IMG/VR virus record: IMGVR_UViG_3300025534_000006
Coordinates: 21,781 to 85,780 of that record
Direction: 5' to 3' (one strand)
Origin: a virus
Taxonomy: Duplodnaviria; Caudoviricetes
DNA: 64,000 nucleotides
Shown: positions 8,722 to 17,292 of the stretch, in pieces
Numbering within the stretch: position 1 is the stretch's first letter
Layout: every line of letters starts with the position of its first letter
The notes under the pieces: generated by a model
Told to the model about the DNA's origin: nothing
What the model saw: the letters and a program-made list of their open reading frames with translations, nothing else
Databases searched by the model: none
Program-made: the position numbers and the translations under genes

Positions 8722-9786
8722 TCATTCGCATCGGGCGCAGTAGCGCAGTCCCAGCCGGTCGCGCTCCTTGCCGACCGACAGGCCGCATCCGTAGCAGTTC
8801 TGGCAGTCGTCATCCGCCACGGACGGCTCGTGGAGGCGTCCGATGAGATCGGCGGCCCACTCCTCGGGGGAGGTCTCTGCCATTCTGGCCTGCTTCCGCC
8901 TTCCACGCGGCTGCCGGGGCTCCATGATCGGCTTGGTGGGGAGCGTGACCTTGACCTTGCGCGAGCCGCCACGGCGGTCCGGTGCGGGCGCCTGAGGGGG
9001 CGCTTCGGGGGTCTCCGATACAGGAGGCTCGCCCGAAGGTGCCGTGACCGTCTCCGCCTTGGCCGGGCGCGGGGCCTCGATCCTGACGGCCGGACGCGGC
9101 GCAACAGGGCGCGTCGGCGCTGGCATATCGGCGCCCGTCACCGGGGCGAACCGCCGCTCGCGCGCCCGCCGCATCGCGCCGCTTCGCAGCCGATTGCGGA
9201 GATGCTGGATGACCTCCGGAACGCTTTCGAGAAACCGCGCCACACACTGGTCGCGATACTGGCTGTTCCGGCGGAACCGCAGCTTGAGGCGCCGGACCAT
9301 GCCCCAGTCATAGCCGCCATTCAGCAGGCGCAGAGCGGCCAAGCGAAACGCGTGCAGGTGGATTCGGGGGTCTTGGGCTCGAATGCCGCTCTTGGGGCGC
9401 CGCCGTCGGCGGATGAAGATGTCGTGGCGCGCGGCGTAGTCGGGGTCGGAAAGGGCGGCGGTTCTTTCCTGATACCAGAAGGCGTACAGATCGAAGGAAT
9501 CGTCGTGGCGGCGCGATGAAGGTGGACGAGGGCGTCGTCGGTCTTGGTGGCCGTCGTCACTCGGTCTGACCGGCTGCTCTGCTTGCGGTAGTGCGCCCGA
9601 TTCGCGGAGAATGCGCCGCATCTGCGCCTCGGTGTTCCGCAGTGCGCGCCAGTCCGACGGCGTTGATGCAGTGTGAACCACACCTTTTGCCTTGGGGTGC
9701 TCAAGGCGAATATGGCCGCCATTGGTTCTTGTCGCGACCCAACCATCACTCTCCCAACGGCTGAGCCTGTCGCTAATCTTCACCAT
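8722..9786 (-). CDS. HicA-like N-terminal domain with basic/Pro-rich extension and C-terminal Cys cluster
   Basis: GWVATRTNGGHIRLEHP...TPSDWRALRN; C-terminal CQNCYGC...CARC. Confidence 0.6.
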   Translation of the reverse strand: MVKISDRLSRWESDGWVATRTNGGHIRLEHPKAKGVVHTASTPSDWRALRNTEAQMRRILRESGALPQAEQPVRPSDDGHQDRRRPRPPSSRRHDDSFDLYAFWYQERTAALSDPDYAARHDIFIRRRRRPKSGIRAQDPRIHLHAFRLAALRLLNGGYDWGMVRRLKLRFRRNSQYRDQCVARFLESVPEVIQHLRNRLRSGAMRRARERRFAPVTGADMPAPTRPVAPRPAVRIEAPRPAKAETVTAPSGEPPVSETPEAPPQAPAPDRRGGSRKVKVTLPTKPIMEPRQPRGRRKQARMAETSPEEWAADLIGRLHEPSVADDDCQNCYGCGLSVGKERDRLGLRYCARCE

Positions 9787-9952
9787 TCGCGCCCGTAACC
9801 AGCCCGTACAGAGTCCAAACCATTTCCGCGCAGCACCAGATGTGCTTCAATGACATGTGTTGTGTATGGAATCTGGGACGGTCGGAAACCCATCCACAGC
9901 GCAGATGGCCACACAAGCGCGCGAGACGCAAGGACCAAAATGTCCCGAAAAG

Positions 9953-9980
9953 AGAACAGGGGGCTCGCGCCCCCTGTTCT
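9953..9980 (-). terminator. Intrinsic terminator after nrdB
   Basis: 12-bp perfect stem, GCGA loop, followed by CTTTT on minus strand. Confidence 0.75.
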
Positions 9981-10030
9981 TGCCATCTGCGGCAATCCGT
10001 TTGCTCGAAAGCCGTAGCTCCGCGACCCGA

Positions 10031-11050
10031 TCAGAAGTCGTCCACGTCCAGCGCCACGTCGCCGCCGATGCCAACCGCGTATTCGGCCGGGGTCCGCTCG
10101 AAGAAGTTCGCGAGCGATTGCACGTCCTGCTTGAGCATGAAGTCGAACGGGCACTTCGCATTGTATACCGGCTCGATGCCGAGGCGGCGCATGTGGTTGT
10201 CGGCGGTGTAGCAGAGGTACTCGCGCATGTCCTCCTTGGTCAGGCCAACCACACCGAGGGACAGCGTGTCCTCGGCAAACTGCATCTCGCAGTCGATGGC
10301 CTCGGCGAGCATCTGCTTCACCCGCTCGTCCATCTGGTCATCCCACAGTTCCGGCTCCTCGCGGCGCACCGCATCGATCACGCTGAACGCGAAGCGCATG
10401 TGCCACGATTCGTCGCGGAACACCCAGTTGGTGCCACTGCCGAGGCCATGCAGCAGGCCGCGATCCCGCAGGTAGTAGACGTAGGCAAAGGCCGCGAAGA
10501 AGAACAGCCCCTCGACCGCCGCCGCGAAGGTGATCAGGTTCATCAGGAAGGTGCGCTTCTTCTCGACGGTATCGAGCACGTCGATGTCGTTCATCGCATC
10601 CATCCACTTGAAGCAGAAATCCGCCTTCTTCTTGATGCTCGGGATGTTGTTGATGGCATCGAACATCGCCTTCCGCTCGTCGGGATCGGGGATGTAGTTG
10701 TCGAGCAGGGTGAGGTAGAATTGGACGTGCAACGCCTCCTCGAAAATCTGGCGGGAATAGTAGAGGCGCGCCTCAGGGCTGTTGACGTGCTTGTAGAGGG
10801 TGAGCGCGGCGTTGTTACCGACGATGGAGTCGCCGGTCGCGAAGAAAGCGACGATGCGCGACACGACGTGCTTCTCGGCTTCGGTCAGCTTCTCGCGCAG
10901 ATCGACGAGGTCGGTGGCGAAGGAGATTTCCTGAACGGACCAGTTATTGGCCTGCGCATTCACGAAGGCATCGAAGAAGGCCGGGTACTTCATCGGGCGA
11001 AGCGTGAGGTCGAAGCCCGGCGTGAGCAGGGTATGCTTGGTAGACGACAT
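10031..11050 (-). CDS. nrdB: Ribonucleotide reductase class Ia beta subunit
   Basis: FFATGD, EEALHVQFY, VEGLFF, RDESWH di-iron ligands. Confidence 0.97.
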   Translation of the reverse strand: MSSTKHTLLTPGFDLTLRPMKYPAFFDAFVNAQANNWSVQEISFATDLVDLREKLTEAEKHVVSRIVAFFATGDSIVGNNAALTLYKHVNSPEARLYYSRQIFEEALHVQFYLTLLDNYIPDPDERKAMFDAINNIPSIKKKADFCFKWMDAMNDIDVLDTVEKKRTFLMNLITFAAAVEGLFFFAAFAYVYYLRDRGLLHGLGSGTNWVFRDESWHMRFAFSVIDAVRREEPELWDDQMDERVKQMLAEAIDCEMQFAEDTLSLGVVGLTKEDMREYLCYTADNHMRRLGIEPVYNAKCPFDFMLKQDVQSLANFFERTPAEYAVGIGGDVALDVDDF

Positions 11051-11214
11051 GATGAAAAATGGACTCCTGAAATCCGGTTCAAAAAATCACAACGATGCAC
11101 AAGCCCTGCCGCGTAGAGCGGCTATCGGTATACCAGATATAGCGCATCCGAGGTCGCCAGCACAAGCAAAACCACGTTCGGCCTGACGGCTTTTTCTCCG
11201 TCCTCAGGGAAGGC

Positions 11215-11619
11215 TCAGCCGGGCGTCGGGACGCGTCGGAGCACGATCAGTCTGGCGCCGCGTTCCGGCGCGTCCGGTGGCGGGGGAGGGGTCCAATCCG
11301 ACAGCACGCCGGGCTCGGGCGGGACGATGTTGGAGGCGGTCTTGACCCACGTCTTGCGCATCGTCGGCGTGAACGGGCCGAGGTTGGTGGCCGTCACCGT
11401 GTAGGAGGCCATGGAGGGGAAATCGAAACGGTCGCCCTGCCGCAGGGTGATGGTCTTGCCCTCATATGTGACCTCGAAGGTTCCAAGCGCCGCGAAGATC
11501 GTGTGGGCGGGGCGCTGGGCGATGCGGTCGCTGGTGAGCACCTCGCCCGCCTCGTCGAAGTCATGGAGGTCGCCCTCGATGACGCCCTTGGCCTTGATGG
11601 GGGTGGTCTCGATGGTCAT
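11215..11619 (-). CDS. Cupin-like small protein
   Basis: GTFEVTYEG..ITLRQGDRFDFP; downstream of the adhesin gene. Confidence 0.5.
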   Translation of the reverse strand: MTIETTPIKAKGVIEGDLHDFDEAGEVLTSDRIAQRPAHTIFAALGTFEVTYEGKTITLRQGDRFDFPSMASYTVTATNLGPFTPTMRKTWVKTASNIVPPEPGVLSDWTPPPPPDAPERGARLIVLRRVPTPG

Positions 11620-11632
11620 GGCAATGGCAGCC

Positions 11633-11887
11633 TCAGAACAGGATCAGGGCGGCATCCTCGCCCGCCACCAGCGAGAATGATTTTCCGGCCGGGATCGTCA
11701 GCGCGTCGCCTGCCGCGAGGCTCGTGCTGGTCTTGGTGCCGGAGCGCGTGAGGGTCAGGGTGCCACCGGTCACGATCAGCAGGCGGGCGGTCGGCCCGGC
11801 CGCCGCCGAATGCGTCTCGCCTTTCGGGAGGGTGATCGTGGCGCCGCGAAGCCCGTTGGGCGTGCGGAAAGGGGTTTCGGTGGACAT
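11633..11887 (-). CDS. Cupin-like small protein
   Basis: LLIVTGGTL...LAAGDALTIPAG; start MSTETP. Confidence 0.5.
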   Translation of the reverse strand: MSTETPFRTPNGLRGATITLPKGETHSAAAGPTARLLIVTGGTLTLTRSGTKTSTSLAAGDALTIPAGKSFSLVAGEDAALILF

Positions 11888-11891
11888 CGGG

Positions 11892-12206
11892 TCAATAGCT
11901 GTGGGTGACGGTGAAGCGATAGGCATTGACGGTCCGGCGCGGCGTGGAACTGTCGGTCGAGAGCACGGTGAAGCTCGCAACGAACACGTCGCCATCCTCG
12001 CCGGTCGAGGTGAACACGGGTTCCCCCGCCTCATTGAGGCTCGCGGTAATGCCGCCACCTCCGATGCGCGTGACCTCCGTCTGGTAGGGCGCGGTACCGT
12101 CCATGCGGGCGGTCGTCGTCAGCGTCCCGCCGCCCGGCATGTCGCCATCGGCATTGCTGAGGCTGAGCGGCGGGCAGGGGCGGCGAATATCGAGACCGTC
12201 AGCCAT
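11892..12206 (-). CDS. Hypothetical beta-rich protein in the tail-fibre operon
   Basis: Start overlaps the upstream stop. Confidence 0.55.
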   Translation of the reverse strand: MADGLDIRRPCPPLSLSNADGDMPGGGTLTTTARMDGTAPYQTEVTRIGGGGITASLNEAGEPVFTSTGEDGDVFVASFTVLSTDSSTPRRTVNAYRFTVTHSY

Positions 12207-13083
12207 AGGTCACGTATGCCCCCTCGCCATCAATGGCGAAGCCGCCCCGGCCGCCAGCGCCGCCTACCGCGCCGCCATTGGCACCCGGCTGGCCGTCCTG
12301 TCCCAGATTGCCGCCAGCGCCGCCATTGCCGCCCTGATTCCACTCCTTGGAGTTGTTTGGTTGGACAACGCCGCCACTGCCGCCGAACTCCCGGCTGCCC
12401 GGATTGGCGTTCTGGAATTTCCCGGATGCGGTACCGGGGGCACCGCCGTTCACACCGGCTCCTCCGCCACCCGGCGCACCGGGATCGTCGTAGCACTCGG
12501 GACAGGTGGCGCCACCGCCACCGCCACCACCGCCACCGCCTCCGGCGATCATTCCGCCGCCCATGAGGATGATCGGAAAGCGCACGTAGAGACCCGTGCC
12601 CCCATCCTGTCCGGCGCCGCCGTTACTGAGACTGCCAGAGCGTCCCGCCCCGGCATTACCGCCGCGACCACCGGCACCGATGATGGCGCCGTCCACACGC
12701 AGGCGGATGATGCTGCCGTTCGGGAAATAGGGCGGGACTACGAAGGCTGGCGCTTCGGGGCTGGCGGAGCCAACGGTCCCGCCTACGATGATCGTCATGT
12801 CGAGCGGGGTGACGGTATCCCAGCCGCGATAGTCGCGGAGATCGTTGTAGAGGTCGAAGTTGAACGTATCGCCAATCGCGTAGGTGATCGCGAAGGACCT
12901 GCGCGCCCCGTAGAAATCCGAGAACCTGATCGGACCGCTGGTCGGAATACGCTGGTTCACCGAGGAGTCCGGCACGCGCCCGCCGCCGCGATAATACTGT
13001 TTCAGACTGACCGGCAGGTTCCCGCCGAACTCCCCGCGAATATCGCCAAGGAGCGAAAGTGGACCGGAGGACTTGATGGTCAT
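12199..13083 (-). CDS. Glycine-rich tail-fibre tip adhesin (gp38-like)
   Basis: Poly-Gly runs (GAGGRGG, GGGGGGGGGG); follows the S74-containing fibre. Confidence 0.75.
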   Translation of the reverse strand: MTIKSSGPLSLLGDIRGEFGGNLPVSLKQYYRGGGRVPDSSVNQRIPTSGPIRFSDFYGARRSFAITYAIGDTFNFDLYNDLRDYRGWDTVTPLDMTIIVGGTVGSASPEAPAFVVPPYFPNGSIIRLRVDGAIIGAGGRGGNAGAGRSGSLSNGGAGQDGGTGLYVRFPIILMGGGMIAGGGGGGGGGGGATCPECYDDPGAPGGGGAGVNGGAPGTASGKFQNANPGSREFGGSGGVVQPNNSKEWNQGGNGGAGGNLGQDGQPGANGGAVGGAGGRGGFAIDGEGAYVTYG

Positions 13084-14591
13084 GCCCGGCCCTCCAACTT
13101 GGCGACACGCGCCGAAAGCTCCTTTACCGCCTCGATCAGCACGCCCACGAGGTTGCCGTAGGCGACCGACATCATGCCGCCGTCGTTGTCATGCACCACC
13201 TCGGGCACGACCTTCTGCACTTCTTGAGCGATGACGCCGACGCCCTCCTTGCCGTCACGCGAGAACCGGACGCCGCGCAACTGCTCAACCAGTTCCAGCG
13301 CATTCTCAATGGTCCTGACATCGCTCTTGAGGCGCGCATCCGAGGCAGCCGTGATGTCGCCTTGAACCACGAGGTTCGCGGCACTATCAAGCTCCATGAG
13401 AATGCGGGACCAAGACTGCCAATGACCGGTGCCGTCGAGCGTGGCGACGCCGAACTTGTTACCGCTGTTCATGAGCAGCCCGGCGCACCAGTTGGCAGAC
13501 GGCTTGTAGATGAACAGGGTCGGATCGACATCGGAAACAATGCCGACGGGTCCGGTATTGACCGTCATGCTGCCATTGACGGTGAGTGACGTACCGACCG
13601 TCACGTTGCCCGTCGGCAGATCAATCGTGAAGGGCCGCAGGTTATTCGCGCCACCGTTCTGCTGACCACTGTTGGTCAGCAGCAGTTGGAACGTGGACCC
13701 GTCATTGCGCTGGATCACCGCACGGTTACCGCCGATGAGGCGCAACTGGCCGCCATTCGCGGGGGTCGCGGACGCAACCAATTCGCCGTTGCGAACCGTC
13801 AGCCCGGCATTTGCGACCAGTGAACCCGTGACGGTACCACCGCTGATTGGCAGGTAGTCGCCCGGAGTGAAATTATCGGTGGTCCAGACATCCTTGCCAT
13901 CGACCTTGAGGGCCTTCGTGAACAGCGTGCCACCGACCGTGAGATCGCCCGTGATCTCGCCCATGCTGGCCGTAAGCTTGCCCAGAACGGTGAGGTCACC
14001 ATCGACCGTAAGATCGCCCGTGATCTCGCCGCCCGCAACATCGAGCTTGCTGTTGGGATCGAAGTTGCCCTCGTGCCAGACCGCATTATCGTCGATTTTG
14101 AGCGTGCCGCCTCCGTACACATGGAGGTCCGGGCCGTCCTGCGCGAACGACACCAAAATCGTGCCATCGGGATCGGCAAAGTTAATGCGCGCCTTGTGGT
14201 CGGGACGGGCAAGAGTGATGATGCCGTCCGCTCCGATGTTGCTCCACGTATTGTTCGTGGTATTGATGATCTTGAGATCGCCCGTCATCGTGTCGCCGTC
14301 GAGCGACACGGAGTTGGCGGCATATGCCATCTGCTTCCACTGACCGTTGGAGCCGAGCACCTTGATCTGTTCGGTCGAGGTGTCGTACCAGAGCATCCCC
14401 CGCAGCGCGGCGTCCGGCGGGCTTCTGTGCGCGAAGTTTTCGAGCAGGTTGATGAAGTTCTCGTTCATCGCCTCGCCGAAATCGAGCGCGCCACGGCCGA
14501 TCAGCGTGAGGGGTACCGCGCCCCGGACAAGCGTCCGCTCGTTTACATTCGCAATGAAGCCGCCGTCGCGGCGCTCGATTCTGTAGGTCAT
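13080..14591 (-). CDS. Tail fibre with C-terminal intramolecular chaperone (peptidase S74-like)
   Basis: GxLTV repeats, VWHEGNFDP, SDARLKSDV...ALELVEQLRGV. Confidence 0.9.
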   Translation of the reverse strand: MTYRIERRDGGFIANVNERTLVRGAVPLTLIGRGALDFGEAMNENFINLLENFAHRSPPDAALRGMLWYDTSTEQIKVLGSNGQWKQMAYAANSVSLDGDTMTGDLKIINTTNNTWSNIGADGIITLARPDHKARINFADPDGTILVSFAQDGPDLHVYGGGTLKIDDNAVWHEGNFDPNSKLDVAGGEITGDLTVDGDLTVLGKLTASMGEITGDLTVGGTLFTKALKVDGKDVWTTDNFTPGDYLPISGGTVTGSLVANAGLTVRNGELVASATPANGGQLRLIGGNRAVIQRNDGSTFQLLLTNSGQQNGGANNLRPFTIDLPTGNVTVGTSLTVNGSMTVNTGPVGIVSDVDPTLFIYKPSANWCAGLLMNSGNKFGVATLDGTGHWQSWSRILMELDSAANLVVQGDITAASDARLKSDVRTIENALELVEQLRGVRFSRDGKEGVGVIAQEVQKVVPEVVHDNDGGMMSVAYGNLVGVLIEAVKELSARVAKLEGRA

Positions 14592-14617
14592 GGCGACAAT
14601 CGCGTTCAGTGTGGTGT

Positions 14618-14623
14618 TATTTA
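14618..14623 (-). promoter_or_regulatory. TAAATA late promoter
   Basis: 26 nt upstream of the tail-fibre start. Confidence 0.7.
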
Positions 14624-14648
14624 GCCATCCTCAGCGCGCGCTTTCCGG

Positions 14649-15929
14649 TCAGAGCGGGACACAGACCTGATTGCCGTTGGGCAGCGTGCGACAGATGTAC
14701 CCTTGCGGACACCGCGCCTGCGTGAGGCCGCTATCGGCCCACTGGGTGGAGGTGGCGATGACATTGCCCGACGGGTCATAGAGGACGAACGCCACGCAAG
14801 CCGGGTTGAGGTTGAAATCGTAGGTGTGGTCGGGATTACCAAGGTCGCCATTGCGCCCGAACACCGAGAGGTAGTGGGTACCGGCGTCAACCCAGAAGGT
14901 GATGCTGCCCGTGGTCTGATTCGGCACTTCCCATGCCACGTCGATATTCGCATGGTGCGGTCCAAGCTGCTCGTCGAAGATCGTCGTGTTGTCGATTGCC
15001 ACCCTCATGCAGTCGTCATACCGGTATTCCATCCGGTAGACCCCCGAGACGGGAAAGTTGACGGGAACGGACAGGCCAACATCCGTGCCAATGAGTGTCG
15101 TTGCCTGCTGTGAGGGGAGGAACCAGATACCGTAAGTATTGGCGAACTCGGACCAAGAGTTCGAAGTGATGCGAAATGCGGTAAGGTACTCCGGGTTCGT
15201 GCCATCCGGGCCGGGCGGCGGCGGGATGCTGGCGTCGATCTCGAATTCAAAGGTGACGGTGCCCGATGTGGCGCTCCACCTGCCGCTGGGGTCGTTGGCG
15301 ACGAAATACACCTCGACCCGGTAATGCCCCGTCCCGAGGGTATAGCTCACCGAGCCGCCGAGATGGTTGTTGGACGAATCGGCGGTATATGCGGAGCCGG
15401 TGGCATTGAGATGATATGGCGTGGCGGCGCTGGCTTGATCTTGGATCACGCCCGTCGGCAAGCCCGTGGACGACCAAAGGCGCGTGATCTTGGTATGCTG
15501 CACCACGTTGACTGTCGCTGGCATGACGGCGAACCGCGAAGGGAAGCGCACCACCGGGTAGCCGGGTGACAGGAACACCATATTGGCGGTCTCGGTGTAG
15601 GAGAGCCACGCGGCGGACAGCGTCATCGGCGAGGCGATGATTTCCAGAGACGGGATCGCCGACACGGTGCCAATGGTGAAGGGCTTGATGGGCTTGCCCT
15701 GCCCGAACATGCTCAGATTCGGCAGCGACACCGTACGGCCTTCCATGGCGGCGTGCGACGCGATGGCATTGATCAGGGCAGACCAGTGTGCGGCGGTCAC
15801 GACGCTCCCCGCGCTCACCCTTTGGACCTCGGATGCAATTCCGCCGGACAGTTGGAAGATGGCGTGGTAGGTGTCCACGAGCGAGTTGAAGTCGCTGGCC
15901 TCGATGAGACCGTTCGTGGCGAAGGTCAT
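14649..15929 (-). CDS. Tail/virion protein with PA14-like module
   Basis: FPVSGVY..YDDCMRVAID...GTHYL; C-terminal CPQGYIC...C. Confidence 0.6.
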   Translation of the reverse strand: MTFATNGLIEASDFNSLVDTYHAIFQLSGGIASEVQRVSAGSVVTAAHWSALINAIASHAAMEGRTVSLPNLSMFGQGKPIKPFTIGTVSAIPSLEIIASPMTLSAAWLSYTETANMVFLSPGYPVVRFPSRFAVMPATVNVVQHTKITRLWSSTGLPTGVIQDQASAATPYHLNATGSAYTADSSNNHLGGSVSYTLGTGHYRVEVYFVANDPSGRWSATSGTVTFEFEIDASIPPPPGPDGTNPEYLTAFRITSNSWSEFANTYGIWFLPSQQATTLIGTDVGLSVPVNFPVSGVYRMEYRYDDCMRVAIDNTTIFDEQLGPHHANIDVAWEVPNQTTGSITFWVDAGTHYLSVFGRNGDLGNPDHTYDFNLNPACVAFVLYDPSGNVIATSTQWADSGLTQARCPQGYICRTLPNGNQVCVPL

Positions 15930-15932
15930 GGC

Positions 15933-17126
15933 TTACTTCGCTCCGATGACGGCGAAAACGAGCCCCTCGTCCTCGTCGTCCTTGTCCTCAAGGCACCAGC
16001 CGACCGAACCAATCACCATCCGAAAGAGCGCCTCCACGTTATCGGCGAGATCGGCGTCCTTCCCAATCGAGGTCGCCACGCCCGGCACGTCGCTCACCAC
16101 GAGCCGGTCGCCCTTGCGCGCCTTGCCGGTCACGCGGACGCGGACCCGCCCAGCAAGGCAGATTGGCGGATGGGTGATATCGGACCCGGCTCCGGCATTC
16201 ATCAGGTAGGCGGGCCGCTCCGATACGACGCCGAGGCATCCGTCATTCGGACCGGTCGTCTGGGTGACCTCCTTGGCGCCGCCGATCTTCACCAGCGTGC
16301 CGACCGGGTACGGCTGATCGACCTCGTATCGCTCCGCCAAGTCGGCATAGAGCGCCTGCGTGGCCGTGCCGTTGAAGGTCGTCGCATAGATGGTGTTGAA
16401 CTTGTTCGTGGCCGTGCCGAGATCGCCGGAGTAGGGACCTTGCCGGTTGAGGTTGTTGACATCGTTCTTGATGATGAAGTCGCAGGCGGTCGGGTTGATG
16501 ACCCTGATGTCTCCTTGCAGTTCCAAGGACTGGACCCGCAGCTTCTTTTGGACGATGAGGTCGCCTTCGACCGTAAGGTCGCCCGTGATCGTGCCGCCTT
16601 CAATGTCGAGCTTGTCGGACGGATCGAAGTTCCCGGCGTGCCAGACGGGATAGTTGCCGATCTTCAACGTGCCGCCGCCGACGGAGAGATCGCCGCCACT
16701 TTGCTGTAGCGTTACCAACTCGCGGTCGGGTGCGTGCAGGAACTCGATCCGCGCGGTACCGTCTAGCCGCACCAGCGTCAAGATGCCGTCGCTGTGCAAC
16801 TCCACCCGGTCGGTGCCATTGGTCACCTTGAAGGAGCCGCTGATTTCGGAACGGTTGGTGAGGAGTTCCAGCCACTCGCCACTGGTTGTGCGCAGCTTGA
16901 GGCTGTCGAAATTGGTGTCAAACCAAAGCATACCGCTGACCGGATTGCCCGGCGGTGCGATGCCTGCGAAATTCTCAAGCAGGTACAGCGTGTTCTGGTT
17001 TACGGCCGGTCCGAAATTGACCGAGCCGCGACCGATGAGGGTGATCGGGACAACGCCGTCCAGAAGGGTATTATCCGGAACATTGGCAACGAGGGTGCCG
17101 TCCCGGTGGGTGATTTGATAGGTCAT
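15933..17126 (-). CDS. Tail-fibre/baseplate protein paralogous to 13080..14591
   Basis: Shared N-terminus (LIGRG..FG..N.N...LLENFA...P...G.LW.DT), VWHAGNFDP, DLAERY. Confidence 0.85.
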   Translation of the reverse strand: MTYQITHRDGTLVANVPDNTLLDGVVPITLIGRGSVNFGPAVNQNTLYLLENFAGIAPPGNPVSGMLWFDTNFDSLKLRTTSGEWLELLTNRSEISGSFKVTNGTDRVELHSDGILTLVRLDGTARIEFLHAPDRELVTLQQSGGDLSVGGGTLKIGNYPVWHAGNFDPSDKLDIEGGTITGDLTVEGDLIVQKKLRVQSLELQGDIRVINPTACDFIIKNDVNNLNRQGPYSGDLGTATNKFNTIYATTFNGTATQALYADLAERYEVDQPYPVGTLVKIGGAKEVTQTTGPNDGCLGVVSERPAYLMNAGAGSDITHPPICLAGRVRVRVTGKARKGDRLVVSDVPGVATSIGKDADLADNVEALFRMVIGSVGWCLEDKDDEDEGLVFAVIGAK

Positions 17127-17152
17127 GGCACCGAGGAATTAACTGGTGCTCT

Positions 17153-17158
17153 TATTTA
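17153..17158 (-). promoter_or_regulatory. TAAATA late promoter
   Basis: 26 nt upstream of start 17126. Confidence 0.7.
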
Positions 17159-17292
17159 GCGAACGGATATGGACGGAGTTTAAGCGCCCCTTCCAATGCC
17201 GATGCGGCCTCCATGATCGGCGGGATCACGGAGGCCGCATGGTGCGCATGGTCTCAAAGGATTGGCCGGAAGCCCCGGCCAGTCCCGTCAGG

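Noticed and set aside
8722-9786. Complete HicAB toxin-antitoxin pair
   Set aside because: No HicB-like ORF is adjacent.
12199-17126. Diversity-generating retroelement or invertase shufflon acting on tail fibres
   Set aside because: No reverse transcriptase, adenine-specific TR/VR pair or recombinase was seen in the window.
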